Part shown: piece after piece, positions 38,047 through 47,681 of the stretch | Position numbering within the stretch: the stretch's first letter is position 1 | Layout: every line of letters begins with the position of its first letter | Source: an uncultured Actinomycetes bacterium | Lineage (GTDB): Bacteria; Actinomycetota; Thermoleophilia; UBA2241 | Assembly: GCA_963755025.1 (NCBI GenBank) | Contig: CAVWIH010000017.1 | Location: 32,001-96,000, forward strand | Length of the DNA: 64,000 nucleotides | Direction of reading: 5' to 3' | Translations under genes and position numbers: made by a program | Notes under the pieces: generated by a model | Told to the model about the DNA's origin: nothing | The model's database searches: none | What the model saw: the letters and a program-made list of their open reading frames with translations, nothing else

Positions 38047-39721
38047 CGACCCCGTGCTCGAGGCGATCAACCAGCGGCTCCAGGCGTTCGACGACGAGCG
38101 CTTCAGTGCGCGCCTCTTCGCGCACGACGCCACGCTCTGGAAAGACGATCCGCGGCACCGCGAGATCATCGGCAACGCGCTCGGCTGGCTGAGCGTCGCC
38201 GACGACATGCTGAGCAAGGCACCCGACCTGAGCGGCTTCGCCGCTCAGGTCGCATCTGAGGGCTACACCGACGCCGTGCTGCTGGGCATGGGCGGCTCGA
38301 GCCTGGCGCCCGAGGTGCTGAGCCGCACCTTCGCGCCCGCCGAGGGGGCGCTCCACCTGCGCATCTGCGACTCCACCGACCCCGCCGCGGTGCGCGCCAT
38401 CGAGGCCGCCCTCGACCTCGAGCGCACCCTGTTCATCGTGTCGAGCAAGTCGGGGGGCACCACCGAGACGGCCTCGTTCCACGCCTACTTCTACGACCGC
38501 GTGCGCGAACGGCTCGGCGACGTCCAGGCGGGACGCCACTTCATCGCCATCACCGACCCCGACACCTCGCTGCACCACGAGGCGCTGGCCCAGGACTTTC
38601 GCGCCGTCTTTCTGAACCCGCCCGACATCGGGGGGCGCTACTCGGCGCTGTCGTACTTCGGCCTCGTGCCGGCGGCCCTCACGGGGCTCGACGTGGGCCG
38701 CCTGCTCGAACGCGCCTCGCACGTGTCGGCCGTCTGCCGCGACGGCGTGCCGGCCCGCGAGCACCCCGCCTTCAAGGTGGGCGTCGCCCTCGGCGAGTTC
38801 GCCCGCGCCGGCCGTGACAAGGTGACCTTCCTGCTGTCGCCCTCGATCGCCTCGCTGGGCGCCTGGCTCGAGCAGTTGCTCGCCGAGAGCACCGGCAAAG
38901 AGGGCACAGGTCTCGTGCCCATCGACGGCGAACCTCCGGGCCCGCCGAGCGTCTACGGCGACGACCGTGTCTTCGTCTACCTGAACGTCGAAGGCGAGGC
39001 CGACGACCGTGCGGTGGGTGCGCTGCAGACGCTCGCCGAGGCCGGCCAGCCCACCATGACGCTGACGCTGCCCGACGTGTGGGACGTCGCCGCCGAGTTC
39101 GTGCGCTGGGAGATCGCCGTCGCCGCCGCCGGCGCCGTGCTGGGCATCGACCCCTTCGACCAGCCCAACGTGCAGGAGAGCAAAGACAACACGCGCCGCC
39201 TGCTCGGCGAGCTCGCCGCCGCCGGGCGGCTGCCCGACGTGCCGGCCGCGCCCGACGGCCGCCGCACGATGGTGACGGTCGACGACCCGGGCCTGTCGGG
39301 CGCGTTGCGCGAGCTGCTGACCACGGTGCGGCCGGGCGACTACGTCGCGCTGCAGGCCTACCTGCCGCCGGCCGAGCCTCATCAGCGCATCCTGCAGGGG
39401 GTCCGAGTGCTGCTGCGCGATCGGCTGCGCGTGGCCACCACCCTGGGCTACGGGCCGCGCTTCCTGCACTCGACCGGGCAGCTCCACAAGGGCGGCAAGC
39501 CGAGCGGCGTGTTCCTGCAGCTCACCTGCTCGCAACAGCAGGACCTGGCGATCCCCGGACAGCCCTACACGTTCGGGCAGCTCAAGCAGGCCCAGGCGCG
39601 CGGCGACCTCGAAGCCCTCACGTCGCGTGGGCTGCGCGTGCTGTCGGTCGACCTGGGGCGCGACCCGCTGCCCGGCCTCACCACCTTCGGCGGCGTCGTC
39701 GCCGAGTTGCTGCGGAGCTGA
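38039..39721 (+). CDS. pgi: Glucose-6-phosphate isomerase (type related to Tal-Pgi fusions)
   Basis: LGMGGSSL, SSKSGGTTET, IGGRYSALS, EQLLAESTGK, PFDQPNVQESK, GPRFLHSTGQLHKGG. Confidence 0.9.
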   Translation: MPNDPVLEAINQRLQAFDDERFSARLFAHDATLWKDDPRHREIIGNALGWLSVADDMLSKAPDLSGFAAQVASEGYTDAVLLGMGGSSLAPEVLSRTFAPAEGALHLRICDSTDPAAVRAIEAALDLERTLFIVSSKSGGTTETASFHAYFYDRVRERLGDVQAGRHFIAITDPDTSLHHEALAQDFRAVFLNPPDIGGRYSALSYFGLVPAALTGLDVGRLLERASHVSAVCRDGVPAREHPAFKVGVALGEFARAGRDKVTFLLSPSIASLGAWLEQLLAESTGKEGTGLVPIDGEPPGPPSVYGDDRVFVYLNVEGEADDRAVGALQTLAEAGQPTMTLTLPDVWDVAAEFVRWEIAVAAAGAVLGIDPFDQPNVQESKDNTRRLLGELAAAGRLPDVPAAPDGRRTMVTVDDPGLSGALRELLTTVRPGDYVALQAYLPPAEPHQRILQGVRVLLRDRLRVATTLGYGPRFLHSTGQLHKGGKPSGVFLQLTCSQQQDLAIPGQPYTFGQLKQAQARGDLEALTSRGLRVLSVDLGRDPLPGLTTFGGVVAELLRS

Positions 39722-39809
39722 TCACACAAGGAGAACGGCGACGGCGGACCGGAGTGCCCGCAGCCGCTCACGGCCCGAACGCTTGAACACAAACGAAGGA
39801 GACAGGCAC

Positions 39810-40709
39810 ATGGAACTGGCGATGGTCGGTCTGGGACGCATGGGCGGCAACATGGCCCGGCGGCTGCTGCGCGGGGGCCATCGGGTCGTCGTGTGGAACC
39901 GCACGTACGCAAAGGCCCAGGAGCTCGAAAGCGAGGGCGCCGAGGCGGTCGAGCGGCTCGAGGACGTGCCCGGCAAGCTGAGCGAGCCGCGCGCCATCTG
40001 GTTCATGCTGCCCTATGGGGCGCCGACCGACGAGGCCATCGACACGCTCGTCCCCCTGCTCGCCAAGAACGACATCGTGATCGACGGCGGCAACTCGCCC
40101 TTCCAGCACGACGTCGAGCGCGGCGCCCGCCTCGAGAAGCTCGGCCTGCGCTACCTCGACGCCGGCACGAGCGGCGGCGTCTGGGGTCTCGACGTGGGCT
40201 ACTGCCTCATGGTGGGCGGCGACCGCAGCGCCTTCGAGCAGATCGAGCCCGCCCTGGCCACGCTGGCGCCCCCCGGCCACGGCTACGGCTACATGGGCGG
40301 CCACGGCGCCGGCCACTTCGTGAAGATGGTCCACAACGGCATCGAATACGGCATGATGCAGGCCTACGGCGAGGGGTTCGAGCTGCTCAAGGAGAGCGGC
40401 TACGACCTCGACCTCGGGGCCATCGCCGACCTCTGGAACCAGGGCAGCGTGGTGCGCTCGTGGCTGCTCGAGCTGGCCGTCGACGCCTTCGCCAAAGACC
40501 CGGGGCTCGAACAGATCACGGGCTACGTCGACGACACCGGCGAGGGCCGCTGGACCGTGCAGCAGGCCATCGAGCGCGGCGTGCCCATGCCCGTCATCGC
40601 CGAGTCGCTGTTCGCGCGCTTCCGCTCGCGGCAGACCGACTCGTTTTCGGGCAAGGTGCTGGCCGCGTTGCGCAACGAGTTCGGCGGTCACGCGGTGAAG
40701 TTCAAGTGA
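39810..40709 (+). CDS. gnd: 6-phosphogluconate dehydrogenase (short type)
   Basis: GLGRMG, IDGGNS, DAGTSGG, FVKMVHNGIEYG, LRNEFGGH; RBS AAGGAG. Confidence 0.95.
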   Translation: MELAMVGLGRMGGNMARRLLRGGHRVVVWNRTYAKAQELESEGAEAVERLEDVPGKLSEPRAIWFMLPYGAPTDEAIDTLVPLLAKNDIVIDGGNSPFQHDVERGARLEKLGLRYLDAGTSGGVWGLDVGYCLMVGGDRSAFEQIEPALATLAPPGHGYGYMGGHGAGHFVKMVHNGIEYGMMQAYGEGFELLKESGYDLDLGAIADLWNQGSVVRSWLLELAVDAFAKDPGLEQITGYVDDTGEGRWTVQQAIERGVPMPVIAESLFARFRSRQTDSFSGKVLAALRNEFGGHAVKFK

Positions 40710-40743
40710 CGGCGCCGCGCCGCATGCGTCCGGACGGCCGACC

Positions 40744-42354
40744 GTGAGCGACCTCAACTACGACGAGAAGGGCACGAGCCTGCGCGAGGCGCCCAGCTCG
40801 TCTCCGGTCGAATCGCCCCTCGACATAGGCCACCGGCCGGAGCCCTGCACCGTGGTGCTCTTCGGGGTGACCGGCGATCTCGCCAGCCGCAAGCTGCTCC
40901 CGGCGCTCTACGACCTCGCCTGCCACGACGTCCTGCCGCGCGGCTTCTCGATCGTCGGCTACGGCCGCAAGCCCATGACCGACGGCGAGATGCGACAGCT
41001 GTCGAGCGGGGCCATCGACAGCTTCTTCGGCGAGGGCACTGCCGAGACGCGCACCTGCAACGACGTGCTGCGCGACGTGCACTACGTGCAGGGCGAGTTC
41101 CACGACCCCGAGGGCTACCAGCGCCTGGCCGAGGCGCTCACCAGGCTCGACGAGAAGAACCACACCGGCAACCGCATCTTCTACCTGGCCACGCCGCCGA
41201 GCCTGTTCCCGGTGATCATCGAGCGCCTCGGCGCGGCCGGGCTCAACAGGGGCGGCGTGCCCGGGGCGCGGGCAAACGACGGCGGCGATCCCGGCTGGGT
41301 GCGCTGCGTGATCGAAAAGCCGTTCGGCAGCGACCTGCAGAGCGCCCTGTCGTTGAACGCCGTGGTGCGCTCCGTGTTCGACGAACGGCAGGTCTACCGC
41401 ATCGACCACTACCTGGCCAAAGAGACCGTGCAGAACATCCTGGTCTTTCGCTTTGCCAACGGCATCTTCGAGCCCATCTGGAACCGCCGCTACATCGACC
41501 ACGTGCAGATCACCGCGGCCGAGACCCTGGGCGTGGAGCACCGCGGCGCCTACTACGAAGAGGCCGGCGCGCTGCGCGACATGATCCAGAACCACCTGCT
41601 GCAGCTCGTCACCATGACGGCCATGGAGCCGCCGGTCGCCTTCGACGCCGACGCCGTGCGCGACGAGAAGGCCAAGGTGCTGCACGCCGTGCGGCCCATC
41701 CCCGTGGAGCGCGTCGACCAGTTCGCGGTGCGCGGCCAGTACGTGCAGGGCAGCGTCGACGGCGCCCGGCGTGCCGGCTATCGGCAAGAGGAGCGCGTGG
41801 CGCCCGACTCCACGACCGAGACCTTCGCCGCGGTCAAGTTCCTGATCGACAACTGGCGCTGGCAGGGCGTGCCCTTCTACGTGCGCACCGGCAAGCGGCT
41901 GCCGCACCACGTCACCGAGATCGCCATCCAGTTCAAGCGCCCGCCGTACCTGCTGTTCCGCGAGGTCGACATTCCCGGCGGACGTGTGCCGCCCAACGAC
42001 CTCATCATGCGCATCCAGCCCGAAGAGGGCCTGGCCCTGAACATCGAGGCCAAGGTCCCCGGCCCCGAGATCCGCCTGCAGCCGGTGGCCATGAACTTCA
42101 GCTACGGCTCCGGGCTCGAGGAGCTGCCCTTCAGCGCCTACGAGACGCTGCTGCTCGACTGCATGGTGGGCGACCAGACGCTGTTCAACCGCGACGACCA
42201 GGTCGAAGAGGCCTGGCGGGTGGTCGACCCCATCCTCGACGCCTGGCACAACGCGCCCGACCAGAGCGTGATGATCTACGAGGCGGGCACCTGGGGCCCC
42301 GAGGCCGCCGACACCCTGGTGGCCAACGACGGCCACGTCTGGCGGCGCCCGTGA
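40744..42354 (+). CDS. zwf: Glucose-6-phosphate 1-dehydrogenase
   Basis: FGVTGDL, EKPFG, RIDHYLAKE, RDMIQNHLLQ, GVPFYVRTGK. Confidence 0.96.
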   Translation: MSDLNYDEKGTSLREAPSSSPVESPLDIGHRPEPCTVVLFGVTGDLASRKLLPALYDLACHDVLPRGFSIVGYGRKPMTDGEMRQLSSGAIDSFFGEGTAETRTCNDVLRDVHYVQGEFHDPEGYQRLAEALTRLDEKNHTGNRIFYLATPPSLFPVIIERLGAAGLNRGGVPGARANDGGDPGWVRCVIEKPFGSDLQSALSLNAVVRSVFDERQVYRIDHYLAKETVQNILVFRFANGIFEPIWNRRYIDHVQITAAETLGVEHRGAYYEEAGALRDMIQNHLLQLVTMTAMEPPVAFDADAVRDEKAKVLHAVRPIPVERVDQFAVRGQYVQGSVDGARRAGYRQEERVAPDSTTETFAAVKFLIDNWRWQGVPFYVRTGKRLPHHVTEIAIQFKRPPYLLFREVDIPGGRVPPNDLIMRIQPEEGLALNIEAKVPGPEIRLQPVAMNFSYGSGLEELPFSAYETLLLDCMVGDQTLFNRDDQVEEAWRVVDPILDAWHNAPDQSVMIYEAGTWGPEAADTLVANDGHVWRRP

Positions 42355-42385
42355 GCGCCGCCTCGACACTCGAAAGGCGGTCCTG

Positions 42386-43156
42386 ATGGCCCGAGCTGCG
42401 ATAGAAGTGCTGCCCGACACAGACGCGGTCGCACGGCGCGGCGCCGACCTGTTCGCCCTGGCCGCCCAGGAGGCGGCCGCGGCGCGCCCGGCGTTCACCG
42501 CGGCGCTCAGCGGCGGCGACGCGCCGCGCCCGATGTTCGCCATGCTCGCCCGCCAGCAGTTCGCGCAAAAGATCCCCTGGCGGCGCGTGCACCTCTACTG
42601 GGGCGACGAGCGCTGCGTGCCGCCCGACGACGAGGCCAGCAACTACGGCATGGCCTACCAGGCCTTCATCCGTCACGTGCCGATCCCCGACGACAACGTG
42701 CACCGCATGCACGGCGAGGACGAGCCCGACGAGGCGGCGAGGGCCTACGAGCGGCTGCTCTCGCAGCCGCCCGCCCTCGCCGCCTCGTCGAAGGCCGACC
42801 TGCCGGTCCTCGACTTCGTGCTGCTTGGCCTGGGCCCCGACGGCCACACCGCCTCGCTGTTCCCGCACTCGCCGGGCCTCGGCGTCGAAGACCGGCTGGT
42901 CGTCGTGAACGAGGGTGAGGGCACGGGGAAGAGGCTGACCGTGACCTACCCGGTGATCAACGCCGCGCGCCGCGTGCTGTTCGTCGTCACCGGCGCCGCC
43001 AAGGCGGGCATGATCGCCGAGGTGCTCGAGGGCCTGCGCGTCCCCGACGCCGTTCCCGCCCAGGCCGTCGCCCCGGTGCACGGCTCGGTCACGTGGCTGC
43101 TCGACAGGGCCGCCGCCGCCGAGCTGAGCGAACAGCAGGTGGCTGAGGGGCGCTGA
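42386..43156 (+). CDS. pgl: 6-phosphogluconolactonase
   Basis: ALSGG, WGDERCVP, LGLGPDGHTASLFP, RLTVT. Confidence 0.95.
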   Translation: MARAAIEVLPDTDAVARRGADLFALAAQEAAAARPAFTAALSGGDAPRPMFAMLARQQFAQKIPWRRVHLYWGDERCVPPDDEASNYGMAYQAFIRHVPIPDDNVHRMHGEDEPDEAARAYERLLSQPPALAASSKADLPVLDFVLLGLGPDGHTASLFPHSPGLGVEDRLVVVNEGEGTGKRLTVTYPVINAARRVLFVVTGAAKAGMIAEVLEGLRVPDAVPAQAVAPVHGSVTWLLDRAAAAELSEQQVAEGR

Positions 43157-43163
43157 GGCGGGG

Positions 43164-43169
43164 TATCCT
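43164..43169 (+). promoter_or_regulatory. Probable -10 element of rnpB
   Basis: TATCCT 7 nt before the predicted RNA 5' end. Confidence 0.5.
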
Positions 43170-43175
43170 TGCCGT

Positions 43176-43555
43176 GCAAGCCAGGTGGCCGCGGTCGGTC
43201 CGCGTCGCGTCGCTTTTCGTAAGCGCGCGAGGCGATCGGTCGAGGAAAGTCCGGACACCGCAGAGCAGGGCGCTGGATAACGTCCAGGCGGCGCAAGCCG
43301 ACGGACAGCGCAACAGAAAGCAGACCGCCAACGGCCCCTTCGGGGGTGCGGGCAAGGGTGAAACGGTGAGGTAAGAGCTCACCAGCGGTCCTGGTGACAG
43401 GCCGGCTCGGCAAGCCCCGCCCGGTGCAAGACCAAATAGGGAAGCGTTCGAGGGCTGCTCGTCCGAAGCTTCCGGGTTGGTCGCAACGAGCCTCACGGCG
43501 ACGTGGGGCCCAGATGGATGGCCACTCAACGACAGAATCCGGCTTATCGGCTTGC
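43176..43555 (+). ncRNA. rnpB: RNase P RNA, class A
   Basis: GAGGAAAGTCCGG, CAACAGAAAGCAGACCGCC, GGGTGAAACGGTGAGGTAAGAGC, ACAGAATCCGGCTTA; P1 pairing GCAAGCC/GGCTTGC. Confidence 0.96.
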
Positions 43556-43560
43556 CGACG

Positions 43561-43596
43561 AAAGCCCCGCCGCTCAGCTGACGGCGGGGCTTTCTC
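43561..43596 (+). terminator. Intrinsic terminator of rnpB
   Basis: AAAGCCCCGCCG...CGGCGGGGCTTT followed by CT. Confidence 0.85.
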
Positions 43597-43677
43597 GTTG
43601 CCGACTTCGTTCGATTTGTGCCGTCGGCACGCGCGACGTATCCTTGGCGACAGGTAACCGACCCCCAAGGAGGCGAC

Positions 43678-44055
43678 GTGGCCCGCCCACTGACCCCCGA
43701 CGAACTGACCCGCTACCCGTGGGCCACGCAGATCAGCGACTACGTCCCCGTGGGGCGGCTGCGCGCGATCGGTGTGCTCGTCGGCATCGCCGGCTTCATC
43801 GTGCTGCTCCTCGGTGCGCTCGTGTCGGTGGCCGCGGCGCAGAACGTGCACCATGCGGTGGCCATGAACCACCTGGCCACCAAGCTCGGTGTCTACCTCG
43901 GCCTGGCTCTCACCATCGTGGCCGCGGTGATCGGCGTCGTCACCCTCGTGCAGGGGCTCCTCAAGCGTGGCTCGCTGACGCTCGTGGTCTGGTCGGTCAT
44001 CGCCATCGCGCCGGCCGTCCTCATGTTCCTGGTGATCCGCCCCATGATCCACTAG
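43678..44055 (+). CDS. Small membrane protein (about 3 TM), unknown function
   Basis: RBS AAGGAGG before GTG; three hydrophobic segments. Confidence 0.75.
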   Translation: MARPLTPDELTRYPWATQISDYVPVGRLRAIGVLVGIAGFIVLLLGALVSVAAAQNVHHAVAMNHLATKLGVYLGLALTIVAAVIGVVTLVQGLLKRGSLTLVVWSVIAIAPAVLMFLVIRPMIH

Positions 44056-44218
44056 GCGCGCCACGAAGTCACGCCCGCCTGAGCGGCGATGACGAAGTCG
44101 ATCGACGGACTAGGCGCGGCACGAAGTCACGCCCGCCTGAGCGGCGATGACGAAGTCGATCGACGGACTAGGCGCGCCACGAAGTCACGCCAGCCTGGCG
44201 GCGTGACGAGTCGACGAC
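44051..44218 (+). repeat. 58-bp tandem repeat: two near-perfect copies and one degenerate copy
   Basis: ACTAGGCGCGsCACGAAGTCACGCCCGCCTGAGCGGCGATGACGAAGTCGATCGACGG at 44051 and 44109; variant at 44167. Confidence 0.9.
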
Positions 44219-44267
44219 CGCGCGCTCACCCTCCGTCCCCGCCGCCTGCTAGCCTAGGCGCACGCCC

Positions 44268-47200
44268 ATGACGCAGGCCACCGACACTCGCAACCCGACT
44301 CTCTTTCTCGGCGACCGTGCGCGGCTCGAGACGGCGCTGGCCGCCTGGATCGCGGCGGTCAAACGCGACGACCCCCTCCGCGAGGTCGTCGTGGCGACCG
44401 GCTCCAACCTCGCGTGCGGTCACCTCTCGCGCGCCGTCGCGCGCGAGCTCGGCGCCCACGCCGCCGTGCGCTTCGTCTCCATCCACGCTTTAGCGCCCAC
44501 GCTTGCCGCCGACTCTCTCGAGCGCGACGGCGCGCGGCTGCTCTCGCCCCTGCTGCGCGAGCGGCTGGTGGCGGCGCTGGTCGCGCGCCGCGCCGGCGAG
44601 ACCTGGTATTTCGCCCCGGTCGCGCGCACACCCGGCCTGTCGCGCGCCCTGCTGCGCACCATCGACGACCTGCGTCACGCCGGCGTGCCGGCCGACGCGC
44701 TGGCGGCGCTCAAGTCGCGCAAGGGCGCCGACCTCAAGGCGTTCTACGGCGACTACGTCGCCGCCCTGCAGCGCCGCGGGCTGGTCGACGACGCCGGTCT
44801 CTACGAGCTCGCCGCCCGGGCCGCGGCGCGCGGCGCGGCGCCGGTCGGCTCCGGCGTGGCCGTCGCCCTGTTCGGCCTCTACGACCTGCCGGCCATGCAG
44901 GCGGGGCTCGTCACTGCCCTCGCCACACACCGTACCTTCGCCGCGTTCCTGCCCTGGGCCGACGGCATCCGCCCCTACGCCGCGCCCGCTCGAGCCTTCC
45001 TCGAAGGCCTGGGGCTCGAGCCGCACGAGCTCGCTTCAAGCGACGAGGTCGGGGAGCGCGACGAGGCCGGGGCGTGTGCCGAGGCCGGAGCGCGTGCCGA
45101 GCCCGCCCAGTCGGGGGCTCGCGAACCTCGCCGCGAACCCCCCTTGCCGACCGCGCCCGTCGGCGCCCAGCTCTCGCTCGACGTCGTACCGACCAGCGTG
45201 GGCGACGTGTCGCCGGAGCCCGCCGCGGCCGTGCCGGTCGTGAGTGTGGCAGCCGTCGCTACGCCCCTGAGCGGCACGGTGGCCGCCGGCTGTCGGCTGC
45301 GCATCGTGTCGGTCGCCGACGACGTGGCCCAGCGCCGCGCCGTCGTCGCCACGCTGCTCGACGCCGCCGCGAACGGCATCGCCTTCTACGAGATGGCCGT
45401 CGTGGCCGCCGACCGGCAGGGTCGCGACCGGCTCGCCGGCGCGGCGCGCGCCCAGGGCATTGCGGTGGCGGCGCGTACGGCCGCCGACGACGTCGCGGCA
45501 CGCACCTGCCGCCTGCTGCTCGACTGCGTCCTGCCGGCCGCCGGGCGACCACTGCGGCGCGACGCCGTGATCGACCTTGCCGCCACCGCGCCGCGGCTGT
45601 CGCTCGCGGTCGACGCCGCCGGCCTTGCTCTCTGGGACGACCTCTCGCGGCGCGCCCGTATCGTCGCCGACGACGAATGGTTCGACCGTCTGGGGCGCCT
45701 CGAGTACTCGCTCGGCGAGCGCCGCCGACGCGAGGCCGAGGTGGCGCAGGGCGTCGTGGCGCCCGACCAGGCGGCTGCGCCCTCGGCTGGGCCCGACCAG
45801 GCGGCGGCCGCCGCCTCACTGCGCGAGTTCGCCGGCCGCCTGCGCGGCCTGCGGCGCCGCCTGATGGGCGCCAGCAGCTGGCGCCAGGCGACGCATTTCT
45901 TCACCGAGGCCGCTCGCGAGCTCTGCGGTGTGCCGCCCGACGATCCGGTGTTGGCGGCTCTGGCCGAGCTTGCCGACGTCGGTCTGGTCGACGACATCGG
46001 CCCGCGCGGTGCGTTTGCCGCCGTGGCGCGGCGCGCGCTGTCACTGGTCGAGACGCCCACGACGGCCCGCGTAGGTCGCGATGGCGTGGCGATCCTCTCG
46101 CCGCAGCAGCTGCGCGGCCTGTCGTTTCGCCTGCTCGTGTTCTGCGACTTGGCTGAAGGCGGGTTCCCGCCGCGCCCGACGCCCGACCCGGTGCTGCTCG
46201 ACGGCGAGCGCCAGGCCGTTGCCGCTGCCTGCGGCGCCCGGCTGCCCGACAGCGCCGAGCTGCCCGCCGAGCACGACGCCCTCTTCGCCCTGGCCCTCGG
46301 GGCGGCCACCGAGCGGCTCGAACTGCTCTACCCGCGCCTCGACTCCTCGACCGGGCGCCCGCGCCTGCCGTCGCGGGCGCTGCTCGGCCTCGCCCGCGAG
46401 CTCGCCGGCGGCCCGGTGCGCTTTGAGCAGCTCGACACTCCAGGCGAGCTCGGCGGCGTCGTGCATCGGGTGGGCGCCGGGCTGGGCGAGCCCATCGACC
46501 TGCGCGACTTCGACCTCGAGCGACTCACCACCGCGACCGTGCCGCGGGCAAAGCCGCCGTGGCTTGCCGCCTACGCCGCCGCAGTGCTGGGAGTGGGGCG
46601 GACCGAGCGCGGCGCGGCGGCGGCCGGCGGCCGCCGCCGCGCCGCGCTCGGTCCCTACGACGGCATGCTGTCGGCCGCCAATGCCGCTCGGGCGGCGGCC
46701 GCCGTGTTCGGGGCGCCGCTCTCGCCGAGCGCGCTACAGTCGTACCTGTCCTGTCCCTTCGCCTTCTACCTGCGCTACGTGCTCGGCTTGCAGGTGCCCG
46801 ACGACCCCGACGAGACGCTCTCGATCGAGCCGGTCGACCTGGGCAGCCTGGCGCACGAGATCCTGCAGGGGTCCTACGCGGCCGCCGTGCAGGGCGGCGA
46901 CGTGAGCGCCGAGCGCGTTCTGGCCGAGCTCGATCAGGTCGCTGCCGCCGCCTTCGCGCGCGCCGAGGCGCGCGGCCTCACCGGCTTTCCCCTCGCCTGG
47001 CGCGTGCTGTCCGACGAGCTGCTCGTCGACCTGCGCCACGTCGTGGCCGCCGACCCCTGCTGGGTCGACGGCCCGCCGCCGGCGCGCTTCGAGTGGTCGT
47101 TCGGCGCCGCCACGGGCGCCGCTGCCGTCACGGGCGCCGCTGCCGCTACGGGCGCCGCTGCCGCTACGGGCGCCGCGCCCGAGCTGCTGGTCGGCGACCG

Positions 47201-47681
47201 CCTGGTGCGCTTTCGCGGGCGTATCGACCGCATCGATGCGAGCCCCGACGGGCGCCGCGTGCGCCTTGTCGACTACAAGACGGGGAGGGGCGCGACCGAG
47301 GTCGAGCGGGTGCGCGACGGTCACGACGTGCAACTTCCGGTCTACGTGCTGGCGCTGCTCGCCGCCGGCGAGCAGGTCCCCGACAGCCTTGTCGCCGAGT
47401 ATCGCATGGTGCGCCGCAACTCCGGTTTTCGCAGCGTCCCGCTCGATGCCGCCGCCGACGAGGTGCGCGCTACGCTGGCCGCCACGCTGGCCGTCGCGGT
47501 GAGCGGCATCGAGGCCGGCGTGTTCCCGCGCTGGCCGCAACGTGCCTGCGACTACTGCGACGCCTCGGCGAGCTGCGGCGCCGACCCCATCGCCTTTCGC
47601 CGCAAGCGCGTCGACCCCCGCCTGCGCGACCTGCTCGACTTCAAAGAGCCGGTCGCCGCCGACCCCGGTGGCGAGCCGTGA
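44268..47681 (+). CDS. addB: AddB-like nuclease subunit (inactive helicase fold, PD-(D/E)XK nuclease, Fe-S cysteines)
   Basis: LRGLSFR...LAEGGFP, LSPSALQSYLSCPFAFY, GSLAHEIL, RGRIDRID...VDYKTG, QLPVY, CDYC...C. Confidence 0.82.
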   Translation: MTQATDTRNPTLFLGDRARLETALAAWIAAVKRDDPLREVVVATGSNLACGHLSRAVARELGAHAAVRFVSIHALAPTLAADSLERDGARLLSPLLRERLVAALVARRAGETWYFAPVARTPGLSRALLRTIDDLRHAGVPADALAALKSRKGADLKAFYGDYVAALQRRGLVDDAGLYELAARAAARGAAPVGSGVAVALFGLYDLPAMQAGLVTALATHRTFAAFLPWADGIRPYAAPARAFLEGLGLEPHELASSDEVGERDEAGACAEAGARAEPAQSGAREPRREPPLPTAPVGAQLSLDVVPTSVGDVSPEPAAAVPVVSVAAVATPLSGTVAAGCRLRIVSVADDVAQRRAVVATLLDAAANGIAFYEMAVVAADRQGRDRLAGAARAQGIAVAARTAADDVAARTCRLLLDCVLPAAGRPLRRDAVIDLAATAPRLSLAVDAAGLALWDDLSRRARIVADDEWFDRLGRLEYSLGERRRREAEVAQGVVAPDQAAAPSAGPDQAAAAASLREFAGRLRGLRRRLMGASSWRQATHFFTEAARELCGVPPDDPVLAALAELADVGLVDDIGPRGAFAAVARRALSLVETPTTARVGRDGVAILSPQQLRGLSFRLLVFCDLAEGGFPPRPTPDPVLLDGERQAVAAACGARLPDSAELPAEHDALFALALGAATERLELLYPRLDSSTGRPRLPSRALLGLARELAGGPVRFEQLDTPGELGGVVHRVGAGLGEPIDLRDFDLERLTTATVPRAKPPWLAAYAAAVLGVGRTERGAAAAGGRRRAALGPYDGMLSAANAARAAAAVFGAPLSPSALQSYLSCPFAFYLRYVLGLQVPDDPDETLSIEPVDLGSLAHEILQGSYAAAVQGGDVSAERVLAELDQVAAAAFARAEARGLTGFPLAWRVLSDELLVDLRHVVAADPCWVDGPPPARFEWSFGAATGAAAVTGAAAATGAAAATGAAPELLVGDRLVRFRGRIDRIDASPDGRRVRLVDYKTGRGATEVERVRDGHDVQLPVYVLALLAAGEQVPDSLVAEYRMVRRNSGFRSVPLDAAADEVRATLAATLAVAVSGIEAGVFPRWPQRACDYCDASASCGADPIAFRRKRVDPRLRDLLDFKEPVAADPGGEP
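47112..47176 (+). repeat. In-frame 18-bp tandem repeat (TGAAAA, about 3.6 copies) inside the AddB nuclease domain
   Basis: ACGGGCGCCGCTGCCGCT units. Confidence 0.85.

Noticed and set aside
36886-39721. tal-pgi as a frameshifted bifunctional fusion
   Set aside because: pgi has its own RBS (GAGGGGAG) and GTG overlapping the natural tal end, so two genes is the simpler reading.
44051-44218. CRISPR array next to a Cas4-like PD-(D/E)XK nuclease
   Set aside because: Units are head-to-tail with no unique spacers; the nuclease is the C-terminal domain of AddB; no cas genes are present.
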